From: a virus
Taxonomy: Duplodnaviria > Caudoviricetes
IMG/VR virus record: IMGVR_UViG_3300031949_000031
Span: 312-64,311 of that record
Direction: 5' to 3' (one strand)
DNA: 64,000 nucleotides
The translations under genes and the position numbers were made by a program. The notes beneath the pieces were generated by a model. The model saw only the letters and a list, made by a program, of their open reading frames with translations. It was not told the origin of the DNA and made no database searches. Below are positions 20,409-30,806 of this stretch, one piece after another. How positions within the stretch are numbered: position 1 is the first letter of the stretch; the number at the start of each line of letters is the position of its first letter.

Positions 20409-21221
20409 TTACCAATGTTTGGTGTTTGCTGAACATTGCGGAGTTAAAAGTAAATGCGTCCAGGATTTCATTTTGACAATATAGTAGATGGCTTGAATGC
20501 TGACTCCATATTCTTGAGCCAGTTTACTGTACGTCGGATGGTCCTGGACGTATTTACCCCTTATCTCTCTTACTTGTTGTTCCGTCAGTTTGTGCTGGCT
20601 GTTATTTTCTCCCCGGTAGAGTTCGGGGTACTTGCTTGGGCCAGCCCGTTTTCCGCGAGCGGTGCGTTCTGGTTTGGTATAGCGGCCATGCCGTTGATTC
20701 TTCTTGGATGCCATCAAACCTTTGCTGGCCGCATCCTGAAGATTATCCGTGTTCGTTCCAGGCCAGAGATGATTCGGATTGCAGCACTTGCGGTTATCGC
20801 ACGAATGGCAGACAAAAAGGTTGTTGGGTATCGCGCCTTTCGTAAGAATGTACGCGATACGGTTAGCTCGTCGGTATCGGCGACCATACCAGAAGGCGCC
20901 GTAGCCGTCATCAGAGCAGGAGGCTTGCCATTCCCAGCAATCATCGGCGCCACGGACATTCACTTTACTCCAAAACCGCTGAGAATCTCTGAGCGAAAGA
21001 CACGTGGGATATTCAGTCGTGTTTTGTTTGTACTGTTTGATATACCGACTGCGGCGGCTTTTGAACTGAAGTGTTTTGCTGGCAAGCCGATGTCGTTTGC
21101 CGGCGCATTCTTTGCACTCATTGCACAAGCCGTCACGCATGGCCTTATTCTTGGAAAACTCATCAGGGGATTTGTACTGCTTGCAAGTGGAGCAGCGTTT
21201 CGTTATGCTTTCCTCAGACAT
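20409..21221 (-). CDS. Zn-finger + HNH homing endonuclease with C-terminal HTH, inverted
   Basis: KRCSTCK, RFWSKV, CWEW, VCHSCDNRKCCNPNHLWPGT, KLTEQQVREIR. Confidence 0.9.
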   Translation of the reverse strand: MSEESITKRCSTCKQYKSPDEFSKNKAMRDGLCNECKECAGKRHRLASKTLQFKSRRSRYIKQYKQNTTEYPTCLSLRDSQRFWSKVNVRGADDCWEWQASCSDDGYGAFWYGRRYRRANRIAYILTKGAIPNNLFVCHSCDNRKCCNPNHLWPGTNTDNLQDAASKGLMASKKNQRHGRYTKPERTARGKRAGPSKYPELYRGENNSQHKLTEQQVREIRGKYVQDHPTYSKLAQEYGVSIQAIYYIVKMKSWTHLLLTPQCSANTKHW

Positions 21222-21433
21222 GATCGTTTCTCCAATAAACGGTTGTGTTTAGAGCCATCTTTGCCGTTTACGCGGCGGATGGCTCGTTTTATTTCGGGCA
21301 AGTCTAACAGAAGGCACTTCGCACGTCAAGTCAAAGATTTCGTTCTCTCGGGGCTTTGTGCCGTCGAGGGACGCTACCTTAGTAACCGGCAGGGGTGGAT
21401 AGGCTCGCCCCTGCCCATCTTTTCAGGTGGCTT

Positions 21434-22012
21434 ATGAGCATAACAGTTAGTGGCGTTCGCACACGGGTACGCCAGATTACACGGCGAGACAACACGACGG
21501 AACTGTCGAACGATGATCTCGATGTATTGATCCTCGAAGCCTGCCGCGAGATTTCCAAGCGAACCTTCTGCCTGAAGAGCAGTACGACGGGAACCCTGGC
21601 GGGTGACGGTACGACGATCAGCAAACCGTCTGACATGGTGGATTCGGAGTCGGCGATAGATGCGTTCTATCTCGATTCCAACCTCGAAGACCCGATTAGC
21701 TTTGACGAATGGCGGGCTGGCTATGTGGCCGGCTACGCCTACAGGGACCAGACTATCCACGTCAAACCGTCCTCAAGCAATACCCGATCCTATACGCTTT
21801 ATTATCGCACCATGCACGCGGCACTCAGTACGAATCTCGAATTCGAGGATGATCTCAAGATGGCCGTTGTGTGGCTCACTTCGAAGAGGGTCTATGAAAA
21901 TTACGAACTCAACGAGCAGGCAGTGAAGGCGGAGCGCGAGTACGAGCGAGAGTTGCTCGTGAACGCACCGGTCGAACCGACTATTTCCCGGATGAGAAAA
22001 ACCCGCGAATGA
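21434..22012 (+). CDS. Head-tail adaptor protein
   Basis: Position and size after capsid gene; helical N-terminus. Confidence 0.65.
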   Translation: MSITVSGVRTRVRQITRRDNTTELSNDDLDVLILEACREISKRTFCLKSSTTGTLAGDGTTISKPSDMVDSESAIDAFYLDSNLEDPISFDEWRAGYVAGYAYRDQTIHVKPSSSNTRSYTLYYRTMHAALSTNLEFEDDLKMAVVWLTSKRVYENYELNEQAVKAEREYERELLVNAPVEPTISRMRKTRE

Positions 22013-22023
22013 GGATATAACAC

Positions 22024-22944
22024 ATGAGTAAAAGCGACCCTATCGATCCCGCAGTTCCAGCCGGATCGGAAGACCCGAAGTTAGGCGATGACAGAATCCG
22101 TGAGTTGGCGGCCGCCGTCGCGGAAATCCTGGGCGTCGATCATTACATTGGCACCAATGGCGGAGCCGGGACGGGATACAACGAGGACGCGGCGGGCGAG
22201 CACGCTAAGGTAACGATCCGCAACGGTTCGGCCCCGACGGCAGCGGCGGGCAAAGGATTTCTGTACGTCGTCTCAGGGGAATTGTACTACAAGGACCCCA
22301 GCGGCAACGTCATTCAACTGACCAGCGGCGGCATTCTCAACAGCCTCAATCTGACCGGCAACCAGACGGCGGCGGGCAACAAGACGTTCAGCGGCGTCGT
22401 CGTATTAGGCAATACCTCGGCCTTAGCCTCAAGTGCCGCCCCGACTGCGGATGCACAGATCGCCAACAAGAAGTACGTGGATGACCGGAACAACATTGTC
22501 CAAGTGGTCAATACGCAAACCGGTGCGGTGGCAACTGGCACAACCGTCATGCCTGATGATGATACGATTCCACAGCTTTCAGAAGGCGTCCAGTTCATGT
22601 CCCTGTCGGTCACGCCGACCTCGGCGACGAACAAACTCAAAATTGACGTTGTGCTCTTCCTCAGTCACAGCTCCACGGGTGGAGAGGCCACACTGACGGC
22701 GGCTCTGTTTCAGGATAGTTCAGCCGACGCTTTGGCGGCGATGCAGCACACGGACCCTTACAACCGAGCCAGACCGATCTCATTCACCCATTACATGACG
22801 GCTGGAACGACGATTGCGACAACATTCAAGGTCAGAGCCGGTTGCGACGTCGCGGGTACGAGTACATTCAATGGAATGTCAGGCGGCAGAAGAATGGGCG
22901 GCATTATGGCCTCCAGCATCACCATCACAGAAATACGAGTCTAA
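22024..22944 (+). CDS. Tail fibre/collar-like structural protein
   Basis: GDDRIR N-terminus, QTAAGNKTFS, ANKKYVD, C-terminal SSITITEI. Confidence 0.7.
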   Translation: MSKSDPIDPAVPAGSEDPKLGDDRIRELAAAVAEILGVDHYIGTNGGAGTGYNEDAAGEHAKVTIRNGSAPTAAAGKGFLYVVSGELYYKDPSGNVIQLTSGGILNSLNLTGNQTAAGNKTFSGVVVLGNTSALASSAAPTADAQIANKKYVDDRNNIVQVVNTQTGAVATGTTVMPDDDTIPQLSEGVQFMSLSVTPTSATNKLKIDVVLFLSHSSTGGEATLTAALFQDSSADALAAMQHTDPYNRARPISFTHYMTAGTTIATTFKVRAGCDVAGTSTFNGMSGGRRMGGIMASSITITEIRV

Positions 22945-22946
22945 TC

Positions 22947-24779
22947 ATGAAGCGATTCGCCCTATACTCGCCGACTTTAGGCTTACGTGAGGACTACCCT
23001 GGAATCCTCTTGCAGAAGGCCCTCTTGCCCGACGCGAACTACGTACAGGTCCGTTGGGGTGAAATCTGGAAGGCCAAGATGCGGACTTCGGAACTGCTCA
23101 GGACGATTCACGCCGTGGCCTCCGTCGATACCTCGGCCAATACGGTGACCATCAGCGGCAACGTGGTTTCGATGTACCCCAACGGGGCCGGGATTACCCT
23201 CTACGATACCGACAACGACTACGAGACCAGCTTTACGCTTTCTACGACGGCGGCCTATAGCTCAACCTCAACGATTCTTACCGTGACCGGCGACATCACC
23301 AGTACGACGCCGGCGGACTTCGTATTCCGCAATGACGACGTGGCCTCCAGTGATCCCGCGAGTGTCGATTTCCGCAAGGTCGGCTTCCCGGACGGCAATC
23401 CTGTTCTGGACTACCAGACGTTGACGCTCTCGGACGGCACGGAGCGGTTGTGCGGCTTTACGAAGGACCATATTTACTACTGGAATACCACTCTAACCGA
23501 ATGGACCCTGCTCCATACCTGCGCCTCATCCTGCACGTTCTGGTCCACGGCCAAGTACGGCGACAATCTCTGCGCGACGAACAACGTCGATAGGCCCGTC
23601 TATTGGGACGGCAATACGGCCAATACCTTTGAGAACATCGATACGCAGTACACCTCCGCGAGCGCCGATTACGTCGCCAAGGCCAAGTTCATTGCCAGCT
23701 ATCATAACTACCTCTTTTTGGGCAACGTGGAGTTATCGAACGGCAGTCGGTATCAGAGCCACGTCTATTATTCCACTATCGGCGAGGGCCTGACGGCGGG
23801 CGGCTGGCAGCAACTTGCCACCAAAGACGCCGGCTCAGCCTACGTAGCCGGGGATGGCGAGATCACCGGCGGCTTCGGCCACTGGCAGGGCTATCTGTGC
23901 ATCTTCAAGAGGCGATCTATACGCAAATGGTGGTTCGTCGGCCTGTCCATTCCCTTCGAGCAATCGGAGCTCTCGCCGGACATCGGCTGCATTGCGCCGG
24001 GTTCCGTCGGCAACGACTGGGAAGGCGACCTGTACTTCTACGGCACGGACAAGAGCTTTCACGGCATGGCGGCAGGCAACGTCAGCCAGGCCATCGACAA
24101 GACGGCAAGGGACATCAATCCCTCCCTGCTCGAAGGCATAAGATTCCTCGCCGTCGATGAATACCGGGAGCTTCGATGGTCCGTACCCTACGGCAACTCG
24201 GCGACGGCCAATAACAAGATCGTCGTCTATCTGCCGGGCGAACGTCGGTGGGATTGTGATATGGACATCGCCGTGACGGCCTTCGGAACCTATACGCAGC
24301 AATCGAACTGGACGTGGGACACCCTGCCGTTCTCGTCCTGGGACGAATGGGGGTGGGACTCCTGGGACGCCATCGAGGCGTCGTCGGACTTCCCGGTGGA
24401 TATTGCCGGCGACGCCAACGGTTATACCTACGCCCTGCACGGTGGCTATCTCGACGATGGTTCAACCTACGAAAGCTCGTTCGTCCTGACGACGGACCTC
24501 GCCGACAAGCAGGCCTTGCCCTATTATAAGAGGGTGACGCAGTTGTTCGTCTATGCGAACAAAGAGGGTACGGGCACGCTGACGCTCGAAGTCAAACGCG
24601 ATAACGAGGCGAACTGGAAGTCGTTGGGCTCCGTCAATCTGACCGGGACGGAAGACGTGTTGCGCCAGCGCTTGGCCGTTGACTTCACCGGCCGGCATTT
24701 CCTCATCAGGATAACGGGGACCAGTGCCTTTCGTTTTATCGGGTTGGAAGCGGAATTTAACGTGGAGGGACATCGCTGA
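22947..24779 (+). CDS. Tail hub / packaged-DNA stabilisation protein (P22 gp10-like)
   Basis: 610-aa beta-rich protein, IGCIAPGSV, podovirus position. Confidence 0.75.
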   Translation: MKRFALYSPTLGLREDYPGILLQKALLPDANYVQVRWGEIWKAKMRTSELLRTIHAVASVDTSANTVTISGNVVSMYPNGAGITLYDTDNDYETSFTLSTTAAYSSTSTILTVTGDITSTTPADFVFRNDDVASSDPASVDFRKVGFPDGNPVLDYQTLTLSDGTERLCGFTKDHIYYWNTTLTEWTLLHTCASSCTFWSTAKYGDNLCATNNVDRPVYWDGNTANTFENIDTQYTSASADYVAKAKFIASYHNYLFLGNVELSNGSRYQSHVYYSTIGEGLTAGGWQQLATKDAGSAYVAGDGEITGGFGHWQGYLCIFKRRSIRKWWFVGLSIPFEQSELSPDIGCIAPGSVGNDWEGDLYFYGTDKSFHGMAAGNVSQAIDKTARDINPSLLEGIRFLAVDEYRELRWSVPYGNSATANNKIVVYLPGERRWDCDMDIAVTAFGTYTQQSNWTWDTLPFSSWDEWGWDSWDAIEASSDFPVDIAGDANGYTYALHGGYLDDGSTYESSFVLTTDLADKQALPYYKRVTQLFVYANKEGTGTLTLEVKRDNEANWKSLGSVNLTGTEDVLRQRLAVDFTGRHFLIRITGTSAFRFIGLEAEFNVEGHR

Positions 24780-25093
24780 TGCACGCTCCGGTTTCCATCC
24801 AGGTTCAGCCCGCGATTGTCCTGCCGGGAGATTCCGATCAGGTCCGCGACTTGAAGAACAAGCTCAACGAGGTCATTCGCAAGTTTGACGAGGTCTATCG
24901 GCTACTGAGGGCGGATGTCGCTATCCTCGACTACCGGGAACTGCCACCGCACGCGGGTATTGACCACGCCTCCTGGAAGTGGGTGGAGTCGTCCGAAAAT
25001 GGCGATTTGAAATTGTATCACAGAAGCGGTGACACCTGGTCGGATAGTGGATGGTCCGTGATAGGGGACAAAACGCGGAGACCGACGGTGTGA
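24779..25093 (+). CDS. Small tail protein
   Basis: Translationally coupled to the hub gene. Confidence 0.65.
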   Translation: MHAPVSIQVQPAIVLPGDSDQVRDLKNKLNEVIRKFDEVYRLLRADVAILDYRELPPHAGIDHASWKWVESSENGDLKLYHRSGDTWSDSGWSVIGDKTRRPTV

Positions 25094-25095
25094 AG

Positions 25096-28000
25096 ATGCT
25101 GAAAACCCGAACAATTCTCATTGTCTTCTCGCTGTTATTCGCAGGCATGGCCGTAGCGAATCTCGCTCCGCGACCTCACGTTGACCAAGACCTGATCGAC
25201 CAGCGCCTCCCGCGTCAATTAGTCATGGTCGGAGATGAGGGCAAGATCGTCTGGTACAACAAGGACGATGCCGGGGACTGGTGGTGGTGGTCCTTGCGGG
25301 CCTCCGGCTCGATGGTGACGGACGCTAACTACATCTGGCCCTGGGCAGGCGGGGATGTCAATGAGGCACTGGCCATCTACAGCATCAACGGAGACGAATA
25401 CGCCCTGTACTGGGGCGGGTTCGGCGACGCCAACGGGTTGCTGCCGGACAAGACGCCGTGGAACGTGATGTTCGTCGGGGCCGACGGCTATCCCCTGACC
25501 GAAGATCCGAACAACTTCACGTACTATCAGCCCGAGACGGCCTTTGGCTTGGGACTGGACAATATCGCCGAAGGCACATACGCCAACAACTACATCCAGG
25601 TCTATTCGCTGCTGGACTTCGAGCCGAACCTGTTCAACGTTACGATAGGCCGGGGCAGCGACGATACGGCCACCGGGCCGAACAACGTCACGATAGGTCG
25701 CGGGGCGGGCAACGTCTTGGATGAGGGCTACGAGAATACCCTGGGCGGCAAGGACGCGGGCCGCTATCTGATAGACTCGAATGACAACACTGGCTGGGGA
25801 TATAAGGTTATCGGGGGAGCAGGAGACGGTATCTTTATACCCGCGACTTATAAATACACCTACATCAGCGAAAATGGTAGCATTTGGGGCATCCCCGTTA
25901 CGGACCGGACGCTATTGTGCCTTGATAATGGAGGGGCAGCGGTCAACGTTGGTGGGGGCGTCGTGGGTCTGCCTTATACGGGCAATCCCTTTGTGACGGG
26001 CGAGAGGGTAATAATTACTGGGACAACGAATTACAACGGCGATTTTGTCTTGCAGTCAGGGACGACGAGCAGCCAACTGAATATTCTGGATGGTTACGTG
26101 GCCGAGACCTTCGACGGCACGGAAACCGTTGCCAAGATAATGGGTGGCCGTAATGGACCAGGTCTCGCCGTTATGGCCTCTGATGGTACGATTTACGCCG
26201 GTGGAGATCGAGGTGGCACGAGTTGGGTTTCGAAGATCACTTCGGACGGTACGATAGATACGACGTTCTTCGATGGCAGCGAACCAAATATACCTGGGAG
26301 TTCATTCTGCACCGGCTTAGCCCTCAGTCCGGATGAACAATATCTTTATGTTTCTATCTATGTGGCTTACATCACAGACTGGAGGTACGTGCAGAAATAC
26401 GATCTGACAACGGGCCAGCGGGCCTGGAACTGGTACTATCCGACCAACGTAAAAGCCTGGCCTGCATATGGCCCCGCAATGGACTGCGTTGATTCCGATG
26501 GTAATTATTATACAGCAGCATCGAGCACAGTGTGGAGAGTGTCCCCCGATGGGAATTTCACGAGCCTCGGTACGGGTTCGGCTGGCTCTTACTGTCTTGT
26601 GCTTAGTAACGACCTTAATGTGATCATCTCAGATATTTCAGGGAGTACAAGCATCGTTGCAACGAGTCTGGATGGGCCGAATACCGATACACTGTTTCTG
26701 GGTGGTGTCATAGCAGCGCATTGCGTTGAAGTGTATGACGGATACATCTATGCCGTGACGACAGCCGGAACTTTGTATAAGGTGTCTTGGGACGGCTCTG
26801 GATTGGCCGTTGTCGATTCCGTAGCCACTGGCTTCGAGAATAACGGCCTCTACGCCGATCTGTGGGGCAATATAGTCGTGATTCGGGCTGCACAGTCGGC
26901 TGGTGTGCTCAACTACTATGACACGGACTTGAATTCATTGGGCGCGGTTGAAATATATGATTCGATTGCTGGGCTTTATTACTGGAACCTGGGCGCAGCG
27001 GAGTTCTGGCACAAGGGCAATGCGATGTTCAACGGGGCCTTGGCCGTCGGGAGTGAACCTGATGTTCACCGCGTCACGGCTGTCGGAGCTTATGCGGCCG
27101 CCCGTGTAGTTGAAGGCGCCGACGACGGCCTGTACTTAGGCGCATTTTCCGGCGCGCACAATACGACAGACCCCAACCGATTCTTTCTGGACAATCTCGA
27201 CCGCACAACGTTAGCCAACGAGCAGACCAAAGGCATGATGTACGGCTACTTCGCCGCCGACCCGAACGACCAGTGGCTCACGATCAACGTCGGGGAATTG
27301 AATCTGCCGATAGGCCGGTTCGACGTGAACGATGTCAACGTGGCCGGGACGCTGACCTTGCAGGGGCAGACGGCTTCGCGGCTCTTGGCAACGGACGGCT
27401 CGAAGAACGTCGTCTCGACGGACTTGGTGAGCTGGGTAGCGGCTACGGCGGATGAGACGACGGTAGCCGATGACGGCGACGGAACGATAACGATAGGGAT
27501 TGCCGACCCGTTGATTGTGAGCAAGGGCGGAACGGGCGCAGCCACGCTTACGGATCATGGAATCCTCTTAGGCTCAGGGACGGATGCCGTAACGCCCCTG
27601 GGCGCAGCGACGAACGGGCAGATTCCCATAGGCTCGACGGGGGCCGACCCGGTTCTGGCGACTCTGACGGGCACGGCGAATCAGGTCAACGTGACAAACG
27701 AGGCGGGAACGATAGCGCTCTCGACGCCGCAGGATATCGACCCCAACGCCGATGTCAGTTTCAATAGTGTCGATGTCAATTCTATAGACGTATCAGGGAA
27801 TGTGACAACTGCGATTTCTGATACTCAGGTTGTCTATTCCAATTCCGGGGTGCTTGCCGGCCATGCCGATCTGGCGTGGGACGATACGAACAGGATTCTT
27901 GATGCCAACGCCGTCGATGTGAACGATGTGGCCGTTCTAAAGCCCAACTCCGCCGTTTTTCAACCTGCCGCAGATTCCACGACGTTCTTTCAGGTCAAAG

Positions 28001-29385
28001 ACAAAGATGCGAATGTCATAGCAACTGTTGACACAGTAGCGAATACCCTGATTGCAAATGGAGCCGTCATCGACGGCACTATCGCCACCGGGTTGGACAT
28101 GAGCGGGGGAACGTTTGCGACGGCGGTGCAGAACTGGCCCGCGACACCAGTGATAAATGTGGCTGGTACACGAGCTATAAAATTTGACGATGTATTATTC
28201 AATTTGTTTATGGGAAATGAAGCTTTTATCCTTAGTGATGGTTTGGGTAATGTCGGCATTGGTTATCAGGCGGGATATAACAATGATTCTACGGGAGCCT
28301 TCGGTGAAGGTGATGATGTTATATATATCGGATACAAATCAGGTTATGGAGTCACACCAGGAGTAACTAATACAGGATACATCAACGTTGGTTTGGGAAG
28401 CTATACTTTATACAGCAACACAACTGGTTATGGTAATATGGCTATTGGAGGAACTGCTCTTCGAGAGAATACTACGGGCAGTAGTTGTGTAGCCGTCGGA
28501 GCTGCGGCACTTCACGATAACTCGACAGGATATAGAAATGTTGGAATTGGAACAGAGAGCCTGTTCTATAATACTACGGGGTATTCTGATTTGGGGATTG
28601 GCTATGCTGCATTATATTCTAATACAGATGGCTTTTCCAATGTAGCCATTGGGACTCTTGCTCTTTATGCTAATGTGAGCGGGGATGAAAACACGGCAAT
28701 CGGATACTATGCTTCTTCTAAAAGTGTGGGGGATTATGGCATTTGTATCGGCTCAGCATCAGGGTCTAACGTAACATCTGGTGCAGCCAATACAATCATC
28801 GGAACGTATGGACATTTTTACAATCAAACAGGGACCGAGAATACGGTTATCGGATTCCTGGCTGATGGATTCGGAGCGGGCGGAGTTGCGAGCCACAGTT
28901 ATTCTACTGTTATAGGTTCAAGAGCTGGATATGGAGTAACAACTGGAGGCTTGAATGTTTACTTAGGTTACTCGGCGGGGAAGAATCAAACAACAAACTC
29001 TAATCTTCTTATCATCGACAATCAAGACAGAACGAGCGCTGCTCTTGAGATAACCAACAGTCTCATCTACGGAGTCTTCGCCGCCGCCCCTGCGAATCAA
29101 TCCCTGAGAATCAACGGTGAGATACTCGGCTCCGATGGGGCGAAGATAGGCGACGGGGGTACAACAAACTACTTACAGTTAGGAACGAATGGTGATTTGT
29201 CTTTTGTAGGTACAGCGGGATTCTATCCACGCTTCCTGACTCAGGCCGATGAACCAGCCGCAGGGACCGGGGCGACGCAATGCGATACAAGCGAATTGGT
29301 CGTCTGGAAAGACAGTGACGACAGCAAGGTCTATGTATCTTTCAACGATGGAGGTACGGTCAAATCTGTAGAGCTATCTTTATGA
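25096..29385 (+). CDS. Large tail fibre/adhesin with YadA-head-like repeats, beta-propeller-like insert and N-terminal signal peptide
   Basis: N.AIG..AL..NTTG repeats; VSKGGTGA motif; MLKTRTILIVFSLLFAGMAVA. Confidence 0.85.
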   Translation: MLKTRTILIVFSLLFAGMAVANLAPRPHVDQDLIDQRLPRQLVMVGDEGKIVWYNKDDAGDWWWWSLRASGSMVTDANYIWPWAGGDVNEALAIYSINGDEYALYWGGFGDANGLLPDKTPWNVMFVGADGYPLTEDPNNFTYYQPETAFGLGLDNIAEGTYANNYIQVYSLLDFEPNLFNVTIGRGSDDTATGPNNVTIGRGAGNVLDEGYENTLGGKDAGRYLIDSNDNTGWGYKVIGGAGDGIFIPATYKYTYISENGSIWGIPVTDRTLLCLDNGGAAVNVGGGVVGLPYTGNPFVTGERVIITGTTNYNGDFVLQSGTTSSQLNILDGYVAETFDGTETVAKIMGGRNGPGLAVMASDGTIYAGGDRGGTSWVSKITSDGTIDTTFFDGSEPNIPGSSFCTGLALSPDEQYLYVSIYVAYITDWRYVQKYDLTTGQRAWNWYYPTNVKAWPAYGPAMDCVDSDGNYYTAASSTVWRVSPDGNFTSLGTGSAGSYCLVLSNDLNVIISDISGSTSIVATSLDGPNTDTLFLGGVIAAHCVEVYDGYIYAVTTAGTLYKVSWDGSGLAVVDSVATGFENNGLYADLWGNIVVIRAAQSAGVLNYYDTDLNSLGAVEIYDSIAGLYYWNLGAAEFWHKGNAMFNGALAVGSEPDVHRVTAVGAYAAARVVEGADDGLYLGAFSGAHNTTDPNRFFLDNLDRTTLANEQTKGMMYGYFAADPNDQWLTINVGELNLPIGRFDVNDVNVAGTLTLQGQTASRLLATDGSKNVVSTDLVSWVAATADETTVADDGDGTITIGIADPLIVSKGGTGAATLTDHGILLGSGTDAVTPLGAATNGQIPIGSTGADPVLATLTGTANQVNVTNEAGTIALSTPQDIDPNADVSFNSVDVNSIDVSGNVTTAISDTQVVYSNSGVLAGHADLAWDDTNRILDANAVDVNDVAVLKPNSAVFQPAADSTTFFQVKDKDANVIATVDTVANTLIANGAVIDGTIATGLDMSGGTFATAVQNWPATPVINVAGTRAIKFDDVLFNLFMGNEAFILSDGLGNVGIGYQAGYNNDSTGAFGEGDDVIYIGYKSGYGVTPGVTNTGYINVGLGSYTLYSNTTGYGNMAIGGTALRENTTGSSCVAVGAAALHDNSTGYRNVGIGTESLFYNTTGYSDLGIGYAALYSNTDGFSNVAIGTLALYANVSGDENTAIGYYASSKSVGDYGICIGSASGSNVTSGAANTIIGTYGHFYNQTGTENTVIGFLADGFGAGGVASHSYSTVIGSRAGYGVTTGGLNVYLGYSAGKNQTTNSNLLIIDNQDRTSAALEITNSLIYGVFAAAPANQSLRINGEILGSDGAKIGDGGTTNYLQLGTNGDLSFVGTAGFYPRFLTQADEPAAGTGATQCDTSELVVWKDSDDSKVYVSFNDGGTVKSVELSL

Positions 29386-29639
29386 GAAAAGCCGCATACA
29401 TTTTCGTTGGGTTGATCCTGTTTGGTTCCCTGAGTCTGAATCTCTACCATTATGGCTATCGGCTCATCTACCAGAAGGGATTCAATGCAGGGGTCACTAT
29501 GATCTCGAACGCCGTGACGAAGGAGTACAAAGACACGGGCAGGATCACGGCGATGATGGACGGAAAGAGTATCGTCTTTGTTCCTGAGAAGCTCGTTGAA
29601 ATACCCAAATTGGACGAAGTTGAAAAAATGTTTCAATAA
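29382..29639 (+). CDS. Small membrane protein
   Basis: ATGA overlap; N-terminal TM segment. Confidence 0.65.
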   Translation: MRKAAYIFVGLILFGSLSLNLYHYGYRLIYQKGFNAGVTMISNAVTKEYKDTGRITAMMDGKSIVFVPEKLVEIPKLDEVEKMFQ

Positions 29640-29650
29640 GGAGTAAGGAC

Positions 29651-30034
29651 ATGAAAAAGGGAATAATGGTTTTGATTATCGCCACGGCCTGTTCGATTGC
29701 CTTTGCAGCAGTGACGGTGACTATTACTGTGCCGGATGCTTACACGGCTCAGGTTCTTTCTGCAATGAACACATTGGCGGGTACGCACATGACCCTGGAA
29801 GCACGCGGTTCAAGTCCCGACCCTGCGAACGATTTCGATGGGCGATGCGACTTTCGGATCGAGCCTAAAGCCCCAAGTGAAACGAACGTGCAATTTGCCA
29901 AGCGATTTACGCAGGAGCTTTTGATCGTTTCAGTGAAAGTCGTCAAGTCTCAGCAGGAGAATAAGCGGTATCGGGACGAAGTATCAAAAGTGGCTCCGCC
30001 TAATCCGGTTGTACCCAATGACGTAGTGCAGTAA
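29651..30034 (+). CDS. Signal-peptide-bearing protein, possible fibre assembly chaperone
   Basis: MKKGIMVLIIATACSIAFA; strong RBS. Confidence 0.65.
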   Translation: MKKGIMVLIIATACSIAFAAVTVTITVPDAYTAQVLSAMNTLAGTHMTLEARGSSPDPANDFDGRCDFRIEPKAPSETNVQFAKRFTQELLIVSVKVVKSQQENKRYRDEVSKVAPPNPVVPNDVVQ

Positions 30035-30054
30035 GACGAGTGTTCTTTGAAAAG

Positions 30055-30363
30055 TTAATGGCGTTTATTCTTCCCGATGCCGGGTGCGTGGCAGATGACT
30101 TTGTCCTCTGAGAGTTTAGAGGCATGACCGTATCGCTGCCGGACGTGGATGATGACTGAACCTGGATTGCAGTTTGCACTTGGATGGGCAATAGACTGGC
30201 CTAACTCAACATAGAGATCAGCGTCGAGCCACACGGCCAATTCGAGGGCCAATTCGTTCGCTCTACGGTATCGCTCGTCGTTGTCGAACTCGGTCAAGTG
30301 CGGAGCGATGGAGAGGTATTCAGCGACTTTAGAGACGAGTTGTTCAGCGTTCATTGGGATCAC
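30055..30363 (-). CDS. Hypothetical protein (inverted moron)
   Basis: Minus-strand ORF inside the late operon. Confidence 0.6.
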   Translation of the reverse strand: MIPMNAEQLVSKVAEYLSIAPHLTEFDNDERYRRANELALELAVWLDADLYVELGQSIAHPSANCNPGSVIIHVRQRYGHASKLSEDKVICHAPGIGKNKRH

Positions 30364-30583
30364 TCATACGGATTGGGTATGGACCAGATGGTATGTTTGT
30401 GCATATTCGGTCACCGATGAATATACCATTGGCGACCGCTCTTTGAACGACAACGGAGACCGCTTGTGGTGGGAAACTAATCGGTTTTGGCCGTTCTTTG
30501 AATAGGTCGGAAGTGAAAAAGAAATAGATAGCTGTCCCAATGAGAAAACCGAGACAGATTTTAATATATAGGTTTGTCTTCAT
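30344..30583 (-). CDS. Small membrane protein (inverted moron)
   Basis: AAAGGAG RBS; N-terminal TM segment. Confidence 0.6.
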   Translation of the reverse strand: MKTNLYIKICLGFLIGTAIYFFFTSDLFKERPKPISFPPQAVSVVVQRAVANGIFIGDRICTNIPSGPYPIRMSDPNER

Positions 30584-30806
30584 GGTTTACTCCTTTCGAT
30601 AAACGCCATTATAGACCCGTGAATGAAAAAGTAAAGTATGAAAAAAATATTTCTAATTTCTGTATTCTGTGCTCTCTGCGGTTCAATAGAAGCCGCCTCG
30701 GAGATCAACGCCTTCGCACCGGGCGTCGTCGGCAATCGGCAGGTAATCATCATCACTATGGAATAATCGCAGGCAGCGAATTTTAGATAGAAAGGCAAGG
30801 TGACTT

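Noticed and set aside
20409-21221. Group I intron in the capsid gene
   Set aside because: The capsid ORF is complete with its own stop; the HNH is free-standing on the opposite strand
18720-21437. Long ORFs 18720-19982 (-) and 20454-21437 (+)
   Set aside because: Antisense shadows of the capsid and HNH genes
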